The notes beneath the pieces were generated by a model. It had not been told where the DNA came from and did no database searches. It saw only the letters and a program-made list of their open reading frames with translations. From contig NC_092677.1 of assembly GCF_964355755.1 (NCBI RefSeq), positions 2,750,101-2,814,100 of the forward strand: 64,000 bases of DNA. Direction: 5' to 3'. The position numbers and the translations under genes were made by a program. The stretch comes from Antedon mediterranea. Lineage: Eukaryota > Animalia > Echinodermata. This document shows positions 63,761-64,000 of the stretch, piece after piece; the first letter of the stretch is position 1, and each line of letters begins with the position of its first letter.

Positions 63761-64000
63761 ATTTTTGTGTTACCTTTCGATTTTAAAGGGTAAATAAAGA
63801 ATGAAAATATAAACAACAACATATAAAGGTAAATGATGATTAAACTTACATTGAACATAAAAGAAACAATGCTCAGTAAGTAATTGTACAGATATAATAG
63901 GTCAGTAGTAAATACACATACAAATAACAACAAAATATAAAAGGTAAATGATGATTAAACTTACATAACTTACATTGAAAAAAAAAATGTGACAGAAAAA

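Overview
AT-rich eukaryotic (animal) genomic DNA with spliceosomal introns; repeat content suggests an invertebrate deuterostome (inference). Recognisable genes: a complete 3-exon ATP synthase subunit g gene (ATP5MG, 8014-10267 +); a 15-exon TTC12 gene (46329-56967 +, 709 aa once a transposon is removed from exon 5); and an orphan 2-exon 3' fragment of IFT57 (41621-42349 +). The window is built from segmental duplications: 10.8-26.7 kb is a TE-riddled copy of 56.2-64 kb and contains a TTC12 3' pseudogene; older paralogous units lie near 0.85-7.6 kb, 34-36 kb and 37-41 kb. Each unit carries one member of an unrecognised, fast-diverging family of small single-coding-exon genes on the minus strand (5 copies; two disrupted; two with an in-frame 96-bp VNTR). 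TTC12 is heavily colonised: a Sola2-type transposon in exon 5, a MULE-like foldback whose 9-bp TSD duplicates the start codon, and two tandem arrays made of its own splice junctions (9 x 111 bp donor array, 24 x 60 bp acceptor array). Paralog comparisons give empty sites for several TEs and reveal P-element-type and TA-type excision footprints. All calls are by-eye readings without database searches.
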